Shown one piece after another: positions 58,035-64,000 of a stretch of DNA of 64,000 nucleotides. The stretch is taken from assembly GCA_032128875.1 (NCBI GenBank), contig JAVLKG010000007.1, positions 256,001 through 320,000 on the forward strand, read 5' to 3'. Each line of letters opens with the position of its first letter. The stretch's first letter is position 1. The notes beneath the pieces were generated by a model. It was not told the origin of the DNA. It saw nothing but the letters and a program-made list of their open reading frames with translations, and searched no databases. Position numbers and translations under genes: made by a program. This stretch comes from Candidatus Melainabacteria bacterium 17Bon1m. GTDB taxonomy: Bacteria > Cyanobacteriota > Vampirovibrionia > Obscuribacterales > Obscuribacteraceae.

Positions 58035-59012
58035 AACGGTGCTCCTTCAGTTTATGGAAGCGCATGGATATGCGTTCCTATCAGCCGTTTTCGAAATTGC
58101 GGCCGATTGGTTGTGTAACTAGCTACCGCGAGACTGCTACTCGTGATCTCAAATACTTGGTCTTGCCAAAACGCATCTTCAATCCGACGAACAACACCGG
58201 GTCGCTTTCGCGGCCGTAAGGTAATTGCTGGCAGGAGAAGAATTTGGCTGGGAAGCTGGGGGTTTGGGATCAAGAGGGGTAGTTAGAAAGCAATCCGAGG
58301 TTAAAACTAATAAGCAACTACGATCAAGAACTCATGACTGAAGCCTAAAAAGGCCGTTTAAAAATGTGCACGGTGCAAGTCCTAGAAGGTGCAACCGGCT
58401 GGGCTCCTGCTTGGTTGGTGAAGAAGTAGCGCAACTGATGGCAGCGAGTTGAGAATTAGCGCGGCTCGTAGACGGACTGCTTTGTGGTTGTAATGAGTTC
58501 TTCTGTAATTGGTTTTGAGTTATCAACATCGCTTCTTTTGGAGAGTTGGCTGTCGATGACGACCGATGACAAGAGGTTGTGCGAGCCTTGTAAACCATGA
58601 CAAGCTCGTTATTTCAAGGTTTCAAAACCAATTCGTAGGCTCCGTCAATGCCTAGGACTTTCAGTCACTATCAAAAATTTTCGTCGAGAATTCATTTTGT
58701 TTTGGGAAGCTGTCGACTTTGAGTGACGTGCCATCACAATTGGTGCTGATAATGTTTTGATGCGGTGGCACATTCGCACTGTATATGGTGGTTGATCATA
58801 AAAAGATGGATGTCAGTATGAAAAACGCGGGAACTTTGTAAACTGCCATATAGTCAACGCTTTCAGCCCTGTTTGTATTCGAAGTGGTACCGCCGGTGCC
58901 ATCGCGAAAATAAAAAGGATAGACGGTTGATTTTTTATACGACATCATTATGATAATGTTTTAGAATCTTGCAAAAAGAAATTCTGTTTAGCGCCACTAG
59001 AAGGAGCGATCG

Positions 59013-59732
59013 ATGAAGAGGACAGGTCTTAACGCAATCGTCGCGGGTGTTCTGTCCATTGGACTGGTTCTACCTGCGGTAGCACAAAGCTACAACGGTC
59101 AACAATTACAAGGACGTGTTACTTATGTTCCAGCCGGAACATCTGTTGACGCAGTACTTACAAGTCCAATCGACAGTGGAGTCGCCAAAGCCGGCGATCT
59201 CTTCAGTGCTAAGTTGTATACCCCGATGTATCTTGGTACCGACCTGGTGCTTCCCGGCAACACGGCTCTCGAAGGGCAAATGGTATCCGTCGATAAGAGC
59301 GGATTGGCCGGAAGCAACGGCAAAATGACCCTGAGACTGACCGGTGCTGTTACTCCTGATGGAGTCAGATATCCGTTGTCTGCAGTTATTACTGCAAACC
59401 AAACAGCTTCGGTTGTACATGAAACAAAAGATGGTCAAAGTCTCAAAGGCAGAACCACTTCCAGCACCGTTAAGAGCGGCGTTGTAAGAACCGGTCTTTG
59501 GACCGCAGGCGGTACCTTGCTGGGTATCTGCTTCGCGCCGATCGTCGGTGGAGCAGTCGGAGCCGGAGCTATCGCTGGTGTCGCAACTGGTGGCGCAGTC
59601 GGACTGGGAAGCAACTTGTGGCGTAAGGGCAAGGATGTAAAAATCCCAAGCGGCACACGCATCCAATTCGCTCTCGATCAGCCGATGTCGCTTACTCAAA
59701 GCGTAGCCGGCGGTCCTGCGAACTATCGTTAG
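59013..59732 (+). CDS. Secreted TrbI/VirB10-like beta-barrel protein with glycine zipper
   Basis: AAGGAG SD; signal peptide; VPAGT, IDS..AKAGD.F, KGKDVKIPSGT. Confidence 0.65.
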   Translation: MKRTGLNAIVAGVLSIGLVLPAVAQSYNGQQLQGRVTYVPAGTSVDAVLTSPIDSGVAKAGDLFSAKLYTPMYLGTDLVLPGNTALEGQMVSVDKSGLAGSNGKMTLRLTGAVTPDGVRYPLSAVITANQTASVVHETKDGQSLKGRTTSSTVKSGVVRTGLWTAGGTLLGICFAPIVGGAVGAGAIAGVATGGAVGLGSNLWRKGKDVKIPSGTRIQFALDQPMSLTQSVAGGPANYR

Positions 59733-59780
59733 GAACGTGACTTCAGCATATTGAAGTCTGTTAGGTTAGGGGAAACAGGT

Positions 59781-59814
59781 AACGAGGGATCGAAAGGTCC
59801 CTCGTTTCTTCTTT
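59781..59814 (+). terminator. Rho-independent terminator
   Basis: AACGAGGGATC-GAAA-GGTCCCTCGTT followed by TCTTCTTT. Confidence 0.8.
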
Positions 59815-59940
59815 GGGCGTGGTGGCGCATCGAAAGGCCCCTCGTTTCTTCTTTGGGCGTGGGGGCGCGTTGCACGCGCCCATTTTTGTAGGGGCGATGC
59901 CATGCATCACCCGGCGGGCGGCATTAATGCCGCCCCTGCA
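59789..59940. repeat. 40-bp tandem duplication followed by three REP-like palindromes
   Basis: 59789-59828 resembles 59829-59868; GTAGGGGCGATGCCATGCATCACCC closely matches the 4569 copy. Confidence 0.75.
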
Positions 59941-59970
59941 GCTGAGAGAGGCTATCAACCGGACGAGCTG

Positions 59971-60021
59971 ACTTCTTCGAAATTACTTTTTCGAAATTAC
60001 TTCTTCGAATCTACTTCTTCG
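59971..60021. repeat. 14-bp tandem repeat, about 3.5 copies
   Basis: ACTTCTTCGAAATT units overlapping the TPR gene stop. Confidence 0.85.
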
Positions 60022-61162
60022 CTTTGACAGCTGCTGTCTTTGGTGCAGCGGCTTCCTTGAGCGGGCGCAGTGACGGAAGAGCAGCTTTGTCTTGAGTCTT
60101 GACCAGTACGGCGACTACTTCGCGCAGTTTCCCGTCGTTTTTCATTTCCTGGTAGGTCTTTGCCAGTCCAATGTTGAAAGCGGTGTTTTCGGTCGAACCT
60201 GTGTATTTCTGTGCGCCGCTTTTGAATTGGAATTCTGCCTGCAGATAGTGCTTTGCTCGCAATTGCTTGCATGCTTCACGGTACTCTTTGACCCACTGAT
60301 CTGGATTGTTGGCGTCTTTGTCATTCCATCCGCAACCGCACGAAACGCCACCGGTCCCACCTATTTCCAGCTTTGCGCCACCGTCAGTCACACTTATTTG
60401 AGGTGGGGATTTTTTCCAAAGAGAGTTCAAATCTGTAACAACTTGCTCTTTGACGAAAAATTTTGCAAGTGCTCTTTCGGCCTTCTTCATCTCGCTGGAA
60501 GAGCCTTCTGCCTTTGCTTTGGAAATAGCCTTCAAGTACCAAGGTTTGGCTTCGTCATACCTTTGCTGCATGGCATACCACTCACCTGCTCCTAGCAATT
60601 CTGCCGAAAAACATTGCCCAACTGATTCGTTCTGTTTCAGTGTTTCCTTCAACAAATGCTCTGCCTGTGAGATGTTGTTCTCCTTGGTGTAGCACTCGAT
60701 AAGATCGAATTTTAGTTTGTGTTTGACGTCATACTCGCTGGCAAGTGGGATCAGTTTTGCAAGCAATTCTTCTGCCTTTTGATAATCTCCCGCTTGGTAG
60801 GCGGCTTCAGCATAGCCTGTTAGCTCGTTCTTGTATTCTTCGCTCAAATGGTCGCCGAGTGATTCACGAATTGCCATGACCTTTTTGAAATACTCGATCG
60901 ATTGCTGTCGGTCCGGTGTGTTGCGCAAAAGTAAAGCCAATGCGCTTAAAAGTGGCAGGGTGTCGCGATCGGATGCATGTGTTTCTTCCAAATGTTGCAA
61001 GTGTTTTTTCAGCATCTCGACAGCTTGTTTGTCGAGTTGAAGTTCTTTCTCTTCGTAAAAAAGTGAAGGTTTTTGCGGCGCCATACCTTGTGCTACCGTC
61101 ACTGTTGTCGCTGTGTTTAAGCAGATCGCGGCAATCAGAGTATGCAGTAACAATCGTCGCAT
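60011..61162 (-). CDS. Secreted TPR protein
   Basis: CAGGAG SD; signal peptide; YQAGDYQKAEELL and QQRYDEAKPWYLKAI repeats. Confidence 0.85.
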   Translation of the reverse strand: MRRLLLHTLIAAICLNTATTVTVAQGMAPQKPSLFYEEKELQLDKQAVEMLKKHLQHLEETHASDRDTLPLLSALALLLRNTPDRQQSIEYFKKVMAIRESLGDHLSEEYKNELTGYAEAAYQAGDYQKAEELLAKLIPLASEYDVKHKLKFDLIECYTKENNISQAEHLLKETLKQNESVGQCFSAELLGAGEWYAMQQRYDEAKPWYLKAISKAKAEGSSSEMKKAERALAKFFVKEQVVTDLNSLWKKSPPQISVTDGGAKLEIGGTGGVSCGCGWNDKDANNPDQWVKEYREACKQLRAKHYLQAEFQFKSGAQKYTGSTENTAFNIGLAKTYQEMKNDGKLREVVAVLVKTQDKAALPSLRPLKEAAAPKTAAVKAKK

Positions 61163-61549
61163 CGAAAACTCCTGGGTTGAAATAATTTGGGAAGGTTTCA
61201 AAACCAAACTGCCAGAATGCCACTGTATACGGTGGCGGATGGGGATTTCGCGTTTATCTGACGGGCCGTCCCATCTCTGTCGACCAATGATATGCCACTT
61301 TTTCTTCGATTCACTGTCAGATTAAATTTGGGAATTTCCCTACGTACTTCCACGATAAGACAACTCGCCAACAGGCTTGACTTTTGGTACATTGTCAAGC
61401 ACCTAAAAGCTCCTTGCGATTATTCCATTTGTTTTCGGCTATCCAGCTGCGTTGAACCTCACAGTTCGCGCCTGGGTCTATGAAACAGTTTTTCGAGACT
61501 TATCTCTTTGGCATTCGAAGCATTTCCCACAGGTAATCTTTCCAGCTAT

Positions 61550-64000
61550 ATGGTCGCCCAGGCCACAGATGTGGGCGGCGGCGAGCACAAGCCCGAGCAA
61601 CACAAGCCCGAGCAGCAAAAGTCCGAACAACAAAAGTCAGAACAACCAACCGCGGAGCAGACTAAAGACCACGGTGGGCTCTTAACCGAAATATTTGGCG
61701 ACCGCAAAGAACGTACCCTGGCTGGATGCGTCATTGGGTCGGTCAGAGACGTATTCTCCAGCAAATTGACCGAAGAAGAAAAGGTCAAACGTGCCGAAGG
61801 CAATGACTTTGCTGCCACGATAGTTGCCGACACCGCTGCCATGATGAGCAAGAAAGTGGCGGTGGGTGGACTTGTACGTGCCACAATGATGGCGGACACA
61901 AAAGGCGATGCCCGCGATTTTGCTCTCGGGTTCTTGAAAGACGGGCTCGAGGGTGTAGGTCTCAACTACATCGGGAAGATGGCGCAGCCTGGCTCCAGAG
62001 CATTTGAGTATGCCGGCGCCAGACTAGGCACCGGTTTGAAGCAGGAAATAGCTCTACATGCCGGCTCCGGCGCACTTTTCGGAGCACTGAAGGCAGGTTC
62101 TGACCCGATGGCGTGGCGCGATCAGGACGGGCACTTTTCATTCCAGGGCGGCCTGAATAATCTTACAGATTTGAAGAAAATGTCGACCGCTACTTTGTCC
62201 GGCGCCGTTATTAACGTCCCAGCGGGCATGCTCGGTTTTCGGATCGCCAAGTCATCGACCTTGTCTGTTGCCAACCGTACGGGTTCTGAAGCCCTCGGCA
62301 CAGTAGCCGGTGGCGTACTCTCTGGTGGCGGCTCCGGCGCAATCTTCGGCGGTCTGGATGCAGTTGTGCATGGCAAGAGTCTTAGCGAAATCGGCAAGAG
62401 CACCTTAGACGGTATGCTCATTGGCGCGGGCACTGGGGGAGCGATGTCCGGCTGGCATGCCTTCAGGCCTGGTCAAAAGGCTCCACTAGAAACTCAACTA
62501 CAGGAAAAGCTTCAACCGAAGTCTCAGGATGCTGGGCGCGAGCAGTTGGCGCAAGAAAGGCAAGTTCGTACGGTGCAAGACGGGCAAGAGCGTTTGTTGG
62601 CTGAAGGTGAATTGCCTGCAATCTCTGAAGCTAGCCGCGTCAAACTGACCGACAAAGTAGAGTCTCTGACACCGCTGCAGCAGCAAAAGATGTTCGATGC
62701 GCATGATGCGGTTTCATTTGTCTCGGCGCCGAAAGAGGGCGTTCGTGAGCTCAATAGCCAGCTAGTCTTGGAGAAAAAGGGCGTTGTGACTATTACGCGA
62801 GTCAAGGATGACCCGAATATTCCTAAGACTTTCAAGGACGATGCTGAGTTTAGAAATTGGACGGAAAACCATGTTGAGCAAGCGCGCATTTATCGAATCG
62901 ATGGCACCGACGTCAAAATAGTCGTGCCCGAAGCTTATGCTCAGAAGCTCGATAAGGTTCGAGAACTGAGATTCTGGGCAGAAATTGACACGCCTTCATT
63001 CAACAGCAAGCCGATAATTGAGCAGCGTGTTTTGCGCAAAGCGATTCTGGAAGGCGATATGGAACTTGCCAGAGCTGCATTCGGAGATAAAGCCGACAAT
63101 ATTGCGCGTATTATCAAAGCCCGCAATGAGATAGATTCTCTTCTCGCTAATCAAAGAGCTCTGCCCGAAGATTTCGTTGGAGCGGTGAAAGAGCTGCCAG
63201 ATCCAAGTTTGATCAAGGAGATAATTCTTCTCGACGAACCATCGCACAGAGATGTCTTTAAGCGCTCGCAGGCAGATGAATTGGGCAACAGTTCGTACAG
63301 TGCCGGAGCAAATGCCGATCGCAACGGAATCATCACTTTCTTTGAAGCCTACAATTCACGCAAGAAAGGTGACACTACGGGCGGAACAATCAACGGCTAC
63401 CTCGCTCACGAGTGGTCTCACCTGGTTAAGTTCAAGCTTAAAGAACACAGTGCTTTGTTCAATGAAACTGCTGAAATAGAGACGGATTGGTACATTCGTG
63501 AGTACGCGAGACGGCAATATCCGGATAGTCCAGAACTGCAACATCACGAAAATTTCGCCGTGCACCTTGGTGATGAATTGATGGCGGCTGACGCCGACCG
63601 CTTCTTCATCACGGCTCATAATGCACCTGTTCGAACCACAATGCTGGCTAAGGCGCTGCTTGAAGCAATGATTCCTCAAACAAAAGAGGTCGTTGTACAT
63701 CCCGCTGATTTCCTCAAGCGCATCGATCAAATACCGGAAAACATGCCCAATCGCGAATCGCACGTGGCTCGTCTGAAATACATTGCGGAGGAGATTGTCC
63801 CGGTTGCTAGGGAGAAGCTGGTCGAAACCATCAACTCAGGCAACTTGAATGAAAGAGTGCGCGCGTCTCTATTGTTGGGACGCATGGGGCATAAAAGCGA
63901 CATCGCGCGTGTTCAGGAAACGCTTGATACCATCACAGACCCATTGCTGAAGAGAACGCTTTTTAGCTCGGTGTCGAATATCTACGATAACAGTCTGACC
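61550..64000 (+). CDS. Large protein (3' truncated) with Gly-rich N-terminus and HExxH metallopeptidase domain
   Basis: Frame open from ATG 61550 to the window end (817 codons, missing from the ORF track); LAHEWSH at 63401 and a downstream ENFA. Confidence 0.8.
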   Translation, partial: MVAQATDVGGGEHKPEQHKPEQQKSEQQKSEQPTAEQTKDHGGLLTEIFGDRKERTLAGCVIGSVRDVFSSKLTEEEKVKRAEGNDFAATIVADTAAMMSKKVAVGGLVRATMMADTKGDARDFALGFLKDGLEGVGLNYIGKMAQPGSRAFEYAGARLGTGLKQEIALHAGSGALFGALKAGSDPMAWRDQDGHFSFQGGLNNLTDLKKMSTATLSGAVINVPAGMLGFRIAKSSTLSVANRTGSEALGTVAGGVLSGGGSGAIFGGLDAVVHGKSLSEIGKSTLDGMLIGAGTGGAMSGWHAFRPGQKAPLETQLQEKLQPKSQDAGREQLAQERQVRTVQDGQERLLAEGELPAISEASRVKLTDKVESLTPLQQQKMFDAHDAVSFVSAPKEGVRELNSQLVLEKKGVVTITRVKDDPNIPKTFKDDAEFRNWTENHVEQARIYRIDGTDVKIVVPEAYAQKLDKVRELRFWAEIDTPSFNSKPIIEQRVLRKAILEGDMELARAAFGDKADNIARIIKARNEIDSLLANQRALPEDFVGAVKELPDPSLIKEIILLDEPSHRDVFKRSQADELGNSSYSAGANADRNGIITFFEAYNSRKKGDTTGGTINGYLAHEWSHLVKFKLKEHSALFNETAEIETDWYIREYARRQYPDSPELQHHENFAVHLGDELMAADADRFFITAHNAPVRTTMLAKALLEAMIPQTKEVVVHPADFLKRIDQIPENMPNRESHVARLKYIAEEIVPVAREKLVETINSGNLNERVRASLLLGRMGHKSDIARVQETLDTITDPLLKRTLFSSVSNIYDNSLT

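Overview
Chromosomal window of a bacterium, about 50 CDSs, with no rRNA, tRNA, CRISPR array or transposase recognised. The Clp N-domains are close to cyanobacterial ClpC, there is a cyanobacterial-type desaturase, and there are no photosynthesis genes. This suggests a non-photosynthetic Melainabacteria/Vampirovibrionia lineage (inference). Recognisable genes: SPFH protein, creatininase, BT1-type MFS, OsmC, ppk2, coaE, desaturase, panC plus a DUF2520 reductase, mscL, the four-gene ligase-associated DNA-repair operon, a RelE/Phd toxin-antitoxin pair, icd, a CPA2 antiporter and an M20 amidohydrolase. The strongest novelty candidates are: (1) four tandem genes made only of Clp N-terminal domains (7 domains, no AAA+ motor); (2) an operon of NAD-type icd, a nucleotidyltransferase-like/methyltransferase fusion, an unknown Cys/His-motif protein, a GNAT and a membrane protein; (3) CoaE fused to a 10-Cys cluster, a 30-proline rod, a TM helix and an external domain; (4) tandem paralogues of an unknown enzyme family; (5) large effector-like proteins without signal peptides (GNAT, peptidoglycan hydrolase, HExxH protease); (6) interspersed high-GC3 gene blocks with heavily structured spacers. 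All family calls are by-eye motif recognition; no searches or folding programs were run.
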